Source: Candidatus Uhrbacteria bacterium (GTDB lineage Bacteria; Patescibacteriota; Patescibacteriia; UBA9934; GWF2-40-263). Taken from it: a stretch of 64,000 nucleotides of DNA. This document shows, piece by piece, positions 40,360 through 49,736 of the stretch (position 1 is its first letter; every line of letters begins with the position of its first letter). The notes under the pieces were generated by a model that was not told where the DNA came from, ran no database searches, and was given only the letters and a program-made list of their open reading frames with translations. The DNA is taken from the NCBI GenBank assembly GCA_016219925.1, contig JACRJU010000003.1:22505-86504 (forward strand), given 5' to 3'. Position numbers and translations under genes: made by a program.

Positions 40360-41433
40360 TTAGAGTTCGGCTTTTGATAATTGTTTTTCAAACATTACTA
40401 CATCGCTACATTCATTACGATTCTTTTGCGCTCGTCCAGGATAAGCAAGTAATTTGTCGCCGTAACGAATAATCGATGCGTCATTTCCCGGAAACCTCGG
40501 GAAGTTGATAATCTGGAAATTCAAACCGTCTTGAGAAATCGCTTCATAAGTTCCGCCCCAAACCAGCCGCTTCCAAGGAGTCAAATCTTCCCAAGGTGAA
40601 AATCCGGCGAAAAAGAACATATGGTAGCCGTCGCTAAGTTTTAGAACTGACGGATTACTGGCGCGCTGCATTTCGTCCAAGGGTGGCTGGCCAACGTCTA
40701 TTCTTACTCCCGGATCCAACCGCCAATTATTTACTCCGTCTTCCGAAAAAATGCTCCGCTCCCTCGATAACGGCCAAGCATTAGAACCGTATTTCCCCGG
40801 ATCCGCCCGCATTCCGCTCTCGTCAAAATAAATCCGGTAGCCGCCGTCTACTTGCGCCACATTCAAATGGGCAAAGTCCTTAATATCTTCCACTCGTCCC
40901 TCGTCCGGCACCGTATAATACTCCCGTAACTTTTCCATTTCATCCGGCCGCGGTGCGCCCGCTCCCATTTCAAACCGATAACCGCTTTCTTCCTCGAATT
41001 TCCTGCCATCACTGGAAACCGCACTCATAATCCCTTTTTCTTTCGTGCGGTTGCCATATTCTCCCAAAGTTCTGATAAAGTACATCCTAATCCTGCCATC
41101 TGCCAGCCGAACCGCAGTCGGCATACTGGCATTGGCAAGCAATAAACCTTCATCTTTCCAATTTTTGCCATCTTGGGAAGAAAAACCATACGTGTTGTTT
41201 TCTAACACAAGACTGTCTTTGGTCTGACCATGCGCATACATCATCAGCGATCCGTCAGCAAGCTCCACTACTTCGGGGTTGCCCATATTACACTCTCCGG
41301 TCGCCAGGACATAGCCCTGATATTTCCAATCCCGAGAAAAGAAGAACCGACCCCATGCTCTAATATAAAGTCCAATGCCTGCCAGCACTAGAATTACCAG
41401 AACCACTGCGCCGACAATAAATAATTTTTTCAT
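40360..41433 (-). CDS. Membrane-anchored five-bladed beta-propeller (glycoside hydrolase-like fold)
   Basis: Five P.V..L.DG...M(Y/F)-type repeats and S.DG..(W/F) Asp-box motifs. Confidence 0.7.
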   Translation of the reverse strand: MKKLFIVGAVVLVILVLAGIGLYIRAWGRFFFSRDWKYQGYVLATGECNMGNPEVVELADGSLMMYAHGQTKDSLVLENNTYGFSSQDGKNWKDEGLLLANASMPTAVRLADGRIRMYFIRTLGEYGNRTKEKGIMSAVSSDGRKFEEESGYRFEMGAGAPRPDEMEKLREYYTVPDEGRVEDIKDFAHLNVAQVDGGYRIYFDESGMRADPGKYGSNAWPLSRERSIFSEDGVNNWRLDPGVRIDVGQPPLDEMQRASNPSVLKLSDGYHMFFFAGFSPWEDLTPWKRLVWGGTYEAISQDGLNFQIINFPRFPGNDASIIRYGDKLLAYPGRAQKNRNECSDVVMFEKQLSKAEL

Positions 41434-41437
41434 GGTT

Positions 41438-41623
41438 TTATTTTACCAAATCTTCCATTGGAACACCCAATGCTTTGGCGATCTTGGCGACCGTTTGTAC
41501 ACTTGGTTTGATAACCACATTACTCTCAATTTTCGTAAGAGTAGTATGCTTAACGCCGGATTTTCTCACTAAGTCGTCTTGGGTCAAGCCAAGTTTATTC
41601 CGTGCCTTTTTGATGTTTTCACC
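41438..41623 (-). pseudogene. 5'-truncated XRE-family HTH regulator
   Basis: GENIKKARNKLGLTQDDLVRKSGVKHTTLTKIES...PSVQTVAKIAKALGVPMEDLVK*; no in-frame start before an upstream TGA; not in the ORF track. Confidence 0.75.
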
Positions 41624-41679
41624 AAAAAATCCCGCTTTTGGCCTTCATAAAGTTCGAGCCAACGACTTCATTTCCTAAC

Positions 41680-41773
41680 TGGCGGAGAGGGAGGGATTCG
41701 AACCCTCGCGCCGGGAAAACCCCGACCTACAGGTTTAGCAAACCCGCCCCTTCAGCCTCTTGGGTACCTCTCC
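41680..41773 (-). tRNA. tRNA-Ser(GCT)
   Basis: GGAGAGG...CGGGT-TT-GCT-AA-ACCTG, long variable arm, GGTTCGAATCC, ends GCCA. Confidence 0.96.
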
Positions 41774-41782
41774 GTGTATAGA

Positions 41783-41838
41783 ACATCCAAAATTTGCGCC
41801 AATTCGATGGCATCGACTTTGCATCAAATTTCGGATGT
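41783..41838. repeat. Imperfect inverted repeat between the two tRNA-Ser genes
   Basis: ACATCCAAAATTTG ... CAAATTTCGGATGT with inner TCGATG-G-CATCGA. Confidence 0.55.
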
Positions 41839-41882
41839 CCTTATCTTTAATTTCAATGAACTTCTAGAAAGGTGATTCTCTG

Positions 41883-41970
41883 TGGCGGAGGGGGTGGGGC
41901 TCGAACCCACAAGCCCTTGCGGGCGCTAGTTTTCAAGACTAGTTCCTTAACCAATTCGGAGCACCCCTCC
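41883..41970 (-). tRNA. tRNA-Ser(TGA)
   Basis: GGAGGGG...CTAGT-CT-TGA-AA-ACTAG, variable arm GCCC-GCAA-GGGC, ends GCCA. Confidence 0.95.
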
Positions 41971-41974
41971 GTGT

Positions 41975-42427
41975 CTATTTACCATAGTGTTCCTCGGCAT
42001 GGCAATTAGGACAGATTAATTCCAGATTTTTAAGATCATTATGTTTTCGATCTCGATTTATGTGATGCACATTTAGAATTTTTTCGTTGTCGTAACCGCA
42101 TCTTTGACATTTTTTTCCTCGTTCATCCATGAGTCTCATTTTGAGTCCCTTTTGATAAATGACTTTATCTTTTGGACGATTCAGCTTGTAAAGGAGTCCT
42201 GTCCTTTGCTTATTAGCACAACGTCGGCTACAGGTTTTTTTGTTAGCTCCCGCCAGGATCGGTGTTCCACAGATAGTGCAAGGTTTTTCCTTTCTGCATG
42301 AAATTCCATAGCAGCGGGCACTGCAAAATGCGTTTCCTTGATTTTTGTGCAACTCGACAGGTCTTCTGTATATAGATTTATTACAGATGCGACAGACCGT
42401 ATTCGGATGACGTTGGTGTACAAGCAT
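41975..42427 (-). CDS. HNH endonuclease with N-terminal Zn-finger repeats
   Basis: CxxC..FCSxxC repeats; CQRCGY...VHHINRDRKHNDLKNLELICPNCH; TGGTATACT -10 just upstream of ATG 42427. Confidence 0.9.
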   Translation of the reverse strand: MLVHQRHPNTVCRICNKSIYRRPVELHKNQGNAFCSARCYGISCRKEKPCTICGTPILAGANKKTCSRRCANKQRTGLLYKLNRPKDKVIYQKGLKMRLMDERGKKCQRCGYDNEKILNVHHINRDRKHNDLKNLELICPNCHAEEHYGK

Positions 42428-42583
42428 AAGGCTAGTATACCAGGAGATGCTGTTTTTTTTCATTCTTTCGCCACCTCTCCCTGGCTGGACGTGGCCAGAG
42501 TACGTGATTTGCCGATTATCCGCAAGGGTTGTTCATGCGGTTTGTCTTGTGACCTCTTGTCGGGGATGCTAAAATAAAGCGGT

Positions 42584-43096
42584 ATGGACGAAGACATCAT
42601 GGAACCGCCGGCAGAGGATATAGATATTGGGGATCCTTTGCTTGCGTGGGAAGTGGATGAATATCCCAAACACCAACGATCCAAAACGTGGTACGTTTTG
42701 GCTTGCCTCGTTGGCGTAGCTTTGATTGTGTACGCCATTGCCACAGCAAACTTTCTTTTTGCGGTGATCATTTTGATGATCGGTGTCATCATGCTCCTAT
42801 CGAGCTTCAAAGAGCCGGATCGTATTCCTGTTGTGATTACCAATACCGGCGTGCTCATTGACGACACTTATTATGATTACGATCACGTCCGAGATTTTTC
42901 CTTGATTTATGATCCTCCGCACTCGAAACTTCTTTACATCGATTTTCATTCTCGGCTTCAGCCAATTTTGCCGATTCCTCTTGAAGACACGGATCCGAAT
43001 GAAGTCCGTCGCGCGCTCTTGCCGTTTTGCGCTGAAAACCTCAAGCGCAATGAAGAACGATTGACAGATATTGCGCGTCGGATGTATAAACTCTAA
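42584..43096 (+). CDS. CPR-type two-TM hypothetical protein
   Basis: L.W...EY....RS..WY, two TM segments, soluble C-domain. Confidence 0.75.
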   Translation: MDEDIMEPPAEDIDIGDPLLAWEVDEYPKHQRSKTWYVLACLVGVALIVYAIATANFLFAVIILMIGVIMLLSSFKEPDRIPVVITNTGVLIDDTYYDYDHVRDFSLIYDPPHSKLLYIDFHSRLQPILPIPLEDTDPNEVRRALLPFCAENLKRNEERLTDIARRMYKL

Positions 43097-43112
43097 CGAA
43101 ACATTATTTTTT

Positions 43113-43474
43113 GCGCTCGTAGCTCAGTTGGATCTGATAGAATCAGATCACATCGCCTTGCTCGGAAGTGAAATAATGTCCATTCTCGTTTGCTCATTCT
43201 TGCGCTCGTAGCTCAGCTGGATAGAGCGTCAGCTTGCGGAGCTGAAGGCCGCAGGTTCAAGTCCTGCCGGGCGCACCACAAACAAGCGAATGGACATTAT
43301 TTCATTTCTCTCGCTTCGTCTCGTGATAGAGCGTCAGCTTGCGGAGCTGAAGGCCGCAGGTGTTGATCTGGCTTCGCCAGATCAGGGTCGACTGCGTCGC
43401 TCGGCAAGATGTTCATTTGTTGATGACATCTTGCTCTCGCTATCCTCGCCGACCAAGTCCTGCCGGGCGCACCA
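43113..43474 (+). pseudogene. Doubly interrupted outer tRNA-Arg(GCG) copy
   Basis: Three colinear pieces 43113-43133, 43325-43361 and 43454-43474 together cover almost a whole tRNA. Confidence 0.85.
43202..43278 (+). tRNA. tRNA-Arg(GCG)
   Basis: GCGCTCG...TCAGC-TT-GCG-GA-GCTGA...GCAGG-TTCAAGT-CCTGC-CGGGCGC-A-CCA. Confidence 0.96.
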
Positions 43475-43535
43475 CAAAAAACCCGCTGATGGCGGCGTTT
43501 TTGTTTTGGGCATCTTTTGTTAGGATATTGTTGTT

Positions 43536-45587
43536 ATGGCGTTTCATCTTGCATCTCCCATTGGAGATCTCCCCGGCATTGGATCAAAGGCACAGAGGGA
43601 TTTCAAAGCACTCGGCCTGAAAAGCCTGCGCGATCTGTTGTTTTACGTTCCTTTTCGGTATGACGATTATTCAACCACCCGACCGCTTGCACGTGTGCGG
43701 GCAGGAGAGCCTGTGACCGTCACGGGCACCATTACCTCGATCACTTCACACCCGTCAAAAAATAAAAAGATGACGCTTGTGGAAGCAATGCTCGAAGATG
43801 AAACCGGGACTCTTCCGATTGTCTGGTTCAATCAACCCTATTTGGTTCAAACGATTCGACCCGGCACAACCCTTTCGCTCGCGGGGACTGTGGACTTTCG
43901 TTACAAACGCGCCATGGTCAATCCCCTACATGAACCCGCTGGCACTCAGGTCCTGACGGGCCGCATCGTTCCGGTATACGGACTTTCCGGATCGCTCAAA
44001 ATGCACCGGGTGCGCACCGCAATGCGTAGCGCGCTCAGCGCGGCTCATGAGCTTGTTGATTGGCTTCCAAGCGAGATCAAAGAGGAAATGCCATTGCCGG
44101 ATTTGCAAACGGCCGTAAGATCCATCCACTTCCCTGAATCAAAAGAAGCTCTTGATCGGGCGATCGAGCGGTTTAAGTTTGACGAATTGTTTTTGCACCA
44201 ACTGATGTTTGCCTGTGTGCGTCGCGAACGCAAAGCTCACTCGGCTTTTGAAATTCCCTTAAATCGTTCAACGCTTCAAACGTTTGTCGCCTCTCTGCCG
44301 TTTTCGATTACACAAGCGCAGCGTCGCGCGGCTTGGGAGATCGTTCAAGATTTGACTAAACCTCATCCGATGAATCGGCTCTTGCAGGGGGATGTGGGAT
44401 CGGGAAAAACAGTTGTCTCGGCGATTGCGGCGAGCGGGGTTATCCGCGACAAGCATCTCGTCGTGTATTTAGCGCCGACAGAACTGCTTTGCGCACAGCA
44501 GTATCAGGCTTTTTGTCGATGGTTTCCTGAGGAAAAAATTGCGTTGTTTACGCGTTCTCAAAAGGTTCTTTCTGGGGAAGCGTTGGGTAAAGAAGACCTC
44601 ATCGAGCGTTTGAGGGCCGGAGAAGTTCGTGTGGTTATAGGAACTCATGCGTTGTTTGAGCAAACCGTCGAACTCCCCCAACTAGCTCTTGTGATCATTG
44701 ATGAGCAACAACGTTTTGGAGTGGCCCAGCGCCACGCCCTTTTGGAAAAGATCCGTTCGGTTTCACCGCATCTGCTGTCCATGACCGCCACGCCTATCCC
44801 GCGTTCACTTGCCCTGACGATTTATGGTGATCTGGATGTTTCCCTTATTGATGAGATGCCTGTGGGTCGAAGACCCGTTGGCACCGCGGTCGTTCCTCAT
44901 GAACACCATGAGGCGATGTGGACGCATGTGAAGAGCCAAATCGAGCAAGGACATCAGGCCTATGTGGTGTGTCCGCTTATCGATCCTTCAGATGTTTTGG
45001 GAAGTAAATCGGTCACAGAAATGCGTGCACAATTGGGCAAAGGTTCATTGATGGGGGCGCGATTGGGCGTCCTGCACGGGAAATTAAAAAGTGAAGAGCG
45101 TTTAGAAGTCATTGAAGATTTTCGGGGAGGTCGTTTGGATGCGGTGATCTCAACAACGGTTGTCGAAGTGGGGGTGGATGTTCCTAATGCCACGGTCATG
45201 GTTATTACGGGGGCTGAACGGTTTGGTTTGGCCCAGCTTCATCAGTTGCGCGGCCGCGTGGGTCGGAGCGATCTGCCCTCATTTTGCTATCTCTTGCCGA
45301 ATCAAACGACCGCTCTCGCGTTGGAGCGGTTGCGGTGTTTGGAAAAGACCCATGATGGTTTTGCTCTTGCGCAAAAAGATTTGCAATTGCGCGGATCGGG
45401 CAATGTGTTTGGGAGCGCGCAATCAGGATTTCCAGATTTTAAACTCGCAACGGAAGCGGATATGGATCTCATGAAAAAAGCGCACGATATCTGCGCGCGG
45501 CTTTTACAAACCCAAACCGATTTTTTGGAGACCCCGCTCATCGCTGAACAACTTTCGGTTGCGTTCGAGGCCGTGCATTTGGAATAA
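43536..45587 (+). CDS. recG: ATP-dependent DNA helicase RecG
   Basis: LLQGDVGSGKT, IDEQQRFG, MTATPIPR, QLRGRVGR. Confidence 0.97.
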   Translation: MAFHLASPIGDLPGIGSKAQRDFKALGLKSLRDLLFYVPFRYDDYSTTRPLARVRAGEPVTVTGTITSITSHPSKNKKMTLVEAMLEDETGTLPIVWFNQPYLVQTIRPGTTLSLAGTVDFRYKRAMVNPLHEPAGTQVLTGRIVPVYGLSGSLKMHRVRTAMRSALSAAHELVDWLPSEIKEEMPLPDLQTAVRSIHFPESKEALDRAIERFKFDELFLHQLMFACVRRERKAHSAFEIPLNRSTLQTFVASLPFSITQAQRRAAWEIVQDLTKPHPMNRLLQGDVGSGKTVVSAIAASGVIRDKHLVVYLAPTELLCAQQYQAFCRWFPEEKIALFTRSQKVLSGEALGKEDLIERLRAGEVRVVIGTHALFEQTVELPQLALVIIDEQQRFGVAQRHALLEKIRSVSPHLLSMTATPIPRSLALTIYGDLDVSLIDEMPVGRRPVGTAVVPHEHHEAMWTHVKSQIEQGHQAYVVCPLIDPSDVLGSKSVTEMRAQLGKGSLMGARLGVLHGKLKSEERLEVIEDFRGGRLDAVISTTVVEVGVDVPNATVMVITGAERFGLAQLHQLRGRVGRSDLPSFCYLLPNQTTALALERLRCLEKTHDGFALAQKDLQLRGSGNVFGSAQSGFPDFKLATEADMDLMKKAHDICARLLQTQTDFLETPLIAEQLSVAFEAVHLE

Positions 45588-45594
45588 TGGTTCC

Positions 45595-45636
45595 TGTCAT
45601 CCTGAGGCGGTCGAATGACCGCCGAAGGATCTCGCG
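45595..45636. repeat. Single REP-like unit between convergent recG and radA
   Basis: TGTCATCCTGAGGCGGTC-GAAT-GACCGCCGAAGGATCTCGCG. Confidence 0.85.
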
Positions 45637-46926
45637 TTACAGATCAGCAACCGTTTTATGTGTCTCTGGTCCGCAAACACCTTGGACGCCTAGCCGGTTG
45701 GCTTCCTGCGCTCGTTTTTCCATCATGGGTACACGGCGGATTTCACCGCCCAGTCCGACCTCGCCGAAAAATACGGTTGGTTTTTCGTACGTCTGGTTTT
45801 TGGCCGCGCTTACGATCGCGGCGCAAATAGACAAGTCGGCAGCTGGCTCGGAAAGTTTCATGCCGCCAATCACATTGACATAGACGTCCTGTTCGCCCAG
45901 CCGCAAGTTGGCGCGTTTCGATAAAATAGCAATGAGCATTTGCAGGCGATTTTGATCAAAGCCAGACGCACGTCTTACAGGAGTGGCGTAGGCGGATTTT
46001 TCGACGAGTGCCTGCACCTCGACGAGAAACACGCGCGATCCCTCGATCGTTGCGGCAATGACGGAACCGGGAACCGCGACGCGTTCCTCGAGAAATCGTG
46101 CAGAGGGGTTCACGACTGGCACAAGTCCGCCGGACGTCATCTCAAACACGCCGACTTCGTCGGTCGCCCCGAATCGATTTTTCGATGCGGACAACCATCG
46201 GAACGGATGGACGCGATCACCATCCAGATTGAGAACAACATCCACCATGTGCTCGAGCGTTTTGGGTCCGGCAATCGCTCCATCTTTCGTCACTTGGCCG
46301 ATGAGCATAATGGCGACCCCCGTGCGTTTGGCGAGCTCCATCAGCAGGGAAGTCGCATAGCGGACGAGCGTAGGACTTCCGGGACTTCCTTCGACCTGTT
46401 CGGAAAAAAGGGTCTGAACGGAATCGATAATCACGACGTCAGGTTGTTGTTTCTCGATCGTTTTGACGAGCGCTTCAATTGTTCCAGATTCCAAAAAATA
46501 AAGATGATCAAGTTTGGTGTTCAGACGGACAAATCGTGCTTTGAGTTGCCCCGCGGATTCTTCGCCAGAGATATAAAGCACGTTCAGCTCCTGTTGGATA
46601 AACCGTTTTGCCATGTCAGCAACAAGCGTTGACTTTCCAATCCCCGGTTCCCCCGACAATAAAACGAGAGATCCTTTCACGATCCCTCCTCCCATGACCC
46701 GATCCAGTTCCGGCTCTTTGGTTTCAAATCGTGCGTGTTCGTTTTGGCCGGTGATTTCGGATAGGGCAACAGGTTTGAGAGCGGTAGCCGTGGAAGGACG
46801 GCGCGTCGTCGGCGCGACTGTTTCTTCGATCAACGTTCCCCACGTCTGACATTCAAAACATTTCCCGGACCATTTTTGAAATTGCGCGTCGCAGTGCGTG
46901 CAGATAAACATATCATTTCTTCTCAA
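45637..46926 (-). CDS. radA: DNA repair protein RadA/Sms
   Basis: CxxC..W.G.CxxC, GEPGIGKST, KNRFG. Confidence 0.97.
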   Translation of the reverse strand: MRRNDMFICTHCDAQFQKWSGKCFECQTWGTLIEETVAPTTRRPSTATALKPVALSEITGQNEHARFETKEPELDRVMGGGIVKGSLVLLSGEPGIGKSTLVADMAKRFIQQELNVLYISGEESAGQLKARFVRLNTKLDHLYFLESGTIEALVKTIEKQQPDVVIIDSVQTLFSEQVEGSPGSPTLVRYATSLLMELAKRTGVAIMLIGQVTKDGAIAGPKTLEHMVDVVLNLDGDRVHPFRWLSASKNRFGATDEVGVFEMTSGGLVPVVNPSARFLEERVAVPGSVIAATIEGSRVFLVEVQALVEKSAYATPVRRASGFDQNRLQMLIAILSKRANLRLGEQDVYVNVIGGMKLSEPAADLSICAAIVSAAKNQTYEKPTVFFGEVGLGGEIRRVPMMEKRAQEANRLGVQGVCGPETHKTVADL

Positions 46927-48202
46927 TCAAGTAGGCGCTGGGAATTTTTCCATTTTCAAATTCACTTTTTGGAATTTTGACGATCCCGTTCATGCGACCC
47001 ACGTCGTAAACTTCAAAAAAATCACCTGAAATGCCCGTAAGGACCATGTAATGTCCTTTGTAGGATTTATCACTTCCATCTGCAAGCTTCCCCGTGCACC
47101 CATGGCAGGAAAAGACGATCGGTTTTTTTTGTCCGAGAATTTTTGAAATAAGGCTTGTATTTTTTGGAGAAATGGATTTGCACCCTTGTCCTGGCCATGA
47201 TTTTGGGATTTCTTTACAGAGGATTCCGAGACTGGTTCCACTACTGCAAGAAAGATGGGCGCCAACTTTTGCCGCAACGTCTGCAACCGCCGGAGGAGTG
47301 ACATTTATTCCGTTATAAACCAAAACCGCTGCAACGGACGTTGGACCGCAGCCACTTTCGCACACATTGTCTTCGTGGATTTCTTTATTATGTTTATTTG
47401 GCCCGCAGGATACGGTTTTCCCATCTGGACCTTTATACGCATGTTTTTTCCATTTCGCATCGCATTGTTTAAATTTTGGCAAGGATCCCGGCGTGACCGA
47501 AACATCCGGATACGTTGTCGCTTCGTCCGTTTCATCGGTCACTTCATTATTTCCAACCCCTTCGATTCTCTCGACTTCCGTAATGACGACGGACTTCAGT
47601 CGCACAAGTTCAGGATTGACGATGAACAGAATAAGATAGGTTGAGAGGAGCAAGACAACGCCGACGACAGCATTTTTTATCTGTGTCTGGGCTTTTTTTA
47701 TGTCGCCTGATCCTGCGGCGAGAACATACCGAATGCCGGCAAACATGACCAAAGCGATCGCAATAAAAACCGAAATGTTTATAAGATATTTGTAAGTACT
47801 ATTGAGATAGTCTGCGAGAAAATTGATATGAAGATTACCGGAGATTTTTTTGACGGGAGAAAAAGTCAAACCTGGAATCTGTACACTGAGTTTTGGAGTG
47901 ACGATAGCGACTTTAGATTCTTTTGTCTTTGTCGTTACGGCCGTGGCATGAGCGATGGTACAAGAGACCTCGACGCTCGCGCCGCTGAAGGCAGTATCGG
48001 CATATTCGTGAGCCGTGAAGTCGTCCCCGTAGGTTTTTTTACACGTTGCTTCGCATTCCCCTTCAAGAGCGGAATCTTTCACGGTGACTGGCGTGCAATC
48101 GTCTTTTTCTCCGAAATAGCAAACACACACCGCGGCGGCGAAAACTGGTTTCGGCAGGAGATGGAGAAAAAGAAGGGTTAAGATGAAGACGATTTTTCGC
48201 AT
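46913..48202 (-). CDS. CPR pilin-like (TrbC/VirB2-type) domain fused to a C39-like cysteine peptidase
   Basis: Two-TM hairpin ..IKNAVVG..IL..VNP.L; FKQCD..W, GCGPTS, GHYMVLTG, YD. Confidence 0.8.
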   Translation of the reverse strand: MRKIVFILTLLFLHLLPKPVFAAAVCVCYFGEKDDCTPVTVKDSALEGECEATCKKTYGDDFTAHEYADTAFSGASVEVSCTIAHATAVTTKTKESKVAIVTPKLSVQIPGLTFSPVKKISGNLHINFLADYLNSTYKYLINISVFIAIALVMFAGIRYVLAAGSGDIKKAQTQIKNAVVGVVLLLSTYLILFIVNPELVRLKSVVITEVERIEGVGNNEVTDETDEATTYPDVSVTPGSLPKFKQCDAKWKKHAYKGPDGKTVSCGPNKHNKEIHEDNVCESGCGPTSVAAVLVYNGINVTPPAVADVAAKVGAHLSCSSGTSLGILCKEIPKSWPGQGCKSISPKNTSLISKILGQKKPIVFSCHGCTGKLADGSDKSYKGHYMVLTGISGDFFEVYDVGRMNGIVKIPKSEFENGKIPSAYLIEKK

Positions 48203-48209
48203 ACAGGAA

Positions 48210-49733
48210 TCATAACCAGAAACATTTTGATCCTCCCGTTGGGGTGTGCGTAGCCGGGTCGAGCGTGACTCCCATTTTTTGTCCGAGTTTTTTTAAATCA
48301 AAATTAGGAGGATCAACGTGGGCGCTCGGGGGTTTCGAGAACTCGCAGTGCCCCCTGACGGTGCTGTCATCAATTTTGAATCCGTATTTTTTACTCAATC
48401 CTTGGATCAATTTTGCGATGTTATCGTATTGAGCTTCCGTATAGGTATATTTTTTCCCTTCCATTCCGTAAAAAATATCAATGCCGACGGAGATATTATT
48501 TTCTTTACAGCAATGATTCATGATATGTCCGACATCTGCCAGCTGAAAAATTTTGCCATCTGTTGTAACAGCGAAATGGCTCCCGATCGGGGTTTGTCTT
48601 TTGGAGGGAGCTCGGACAACCCGTTGCCCGTCTTTGGTGCATCCCTCGTAATTGAATTCGCCGGTTTTTTTACTCTGTTTGCATTTCGCAATTTTGCCGT
48701 AGTGGTAATCAGAAAACCACATGTTGAGCATGCCTTTAACGTTCGTGCCAGGAAATCCCAAATGAAGAATCACTATTTTTACGGCCGATGGCGGCCGTTT
48801 TTTGTTCTTCGTGGCGTTGGAGATATTGCAATCAAGCAGACCGACAAATTTTGTATCAATCGTCACCCCACTGAGTGATTCAGCCACGGAGGGAACAGGA
48901 ATGGTACAAGGACGGGGCGGATCTATGTAGCCATCGCCTTCTTTTTCAAGGGGGGGTTTGACAACCGTCAATCCGCTTCGCGATCCTGGTCCAAAAGGGA
49001 GTTTGACCTGTTCTCCTGATGCCGCCACCGGAGCGGGTTCGTCTGATTCGGTCTCAACCGCATCAGAATGGTCTATCGCTTCGTCTAAGGCAATGCCTTC
49101 GATTGAGGGAATGGTAAGGGGCCGTAGGGTTCCGAGTTTGGGATTGACGATTTCAAGGATCGCGGCGGCCGTCATCACGAGGACTAAGCCAGTCAGACCG
49201 TTTTTGATGCGCTGTTTGGCTTTTTCAAGTTGAGAGGGAGCTCCCGCGGAAAGGACCCATTGCACGCCGCCGACCATGACCAACACAATCGCTAAGAAAG
49301 CCGCTATGCCGACAATGTATTGGTAGGTCCCATTAATATATTGCCCCAAAAAATCTATCTGCAGTTCTCCACCCTTTTGTAAAACAGGGGTAAAAGTGAC
49401 CGTGGGGATTTTTACTTGAAGTTTTGGCAATACGATGCCTGTTGCTGGTTTCGTGACAATGGGATTTGCGGCTTCATGAGCTTTGGAACATTCAATGTAG
49501 AGACTTGCGCCAAATTTTGTTGCCGAGTCCGTGAATTGAACACTCTTAAAAATATCTGCGTATTTGCCTTTACAAATGAGTTCGCACTGCGTTTGCGTTG
49601 CTGAATCCTCGACACCAATTGATTGACAATCATTTTTTTCTCCAAAATAGCAGTAACATGCCGGTGCCGCAAAACTCGTGGCGGGAACAAGCCACGTCAC
49701 CAAAAGTCCTGGCAGCAACAACCATTTGAGCAT
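48210..49733 (-). CDS. CPR pilin-like domain fused to an N-acetylmuramoyl-L-alanine amidase (Amidase_2-like)
   Basis: Same N-terminal modules; IVILH, SHFAV..DGKIFQL, N..SVGID, T.AQY, GH.E, DP. Confidence 0.8.
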   Translation of the reverse strand: MLKWLLLPGLLVTWLVPATSFAAPACYCYFGEKNDCQSIGVEDSATQTQCELICKGKYADIFKSVQFTDSATKFGASLYIECSKAHEAANPIVTKPATGIVLPKLQVKIPTVTFTPVLQKGGELQIDFLGQYINGTYQYIVGIAAFLAIVLVMVGGVQWVLSAGAPSQLEKAKQRIKNGLTGLVLVMTAAAILEIVNPKLGTLRPLTIPSIEGIALDEAIDHSDAVETESDEPAPVAASGEQVKLPFGPGSRSGLTVVKPPLEKEGDGYIDPPRPCTIPVPSVAESLSGVTIDTKFVGLLDCNISNATKNKKRPPSAVKIVILHLGFPGTNVKGMLNMWFSDYHYGKIAKCKQSKKTGEFNYEGCTKDGQRVVRAPSKRQTPIGSHFAVTTDGKIFQLADVGHIMNHCCKENNISVGIDIFYGMEGKKYTYTEAQYDNIAKLIQGLSKKYGFKIDDSTVRGHCEFSKPPSAHVDPPNFDLKKLGQKMGVTLDPATHTPTGGSKCFWL

Positions 49734-49736
49734 GGA

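Noticed and set aside
41883-41970. Selenocysteine or suppressor tRNA
   Set aside because: Anticodon TGA reads UCA (Ser); Sec would need TCA. The acceptor stem is a normal 7 bp.
43290-43620. Short ORFs over the tRNA-Arg fragments
   Set aside because: They translate tRNA and hairpin sequence and have no coding signal.
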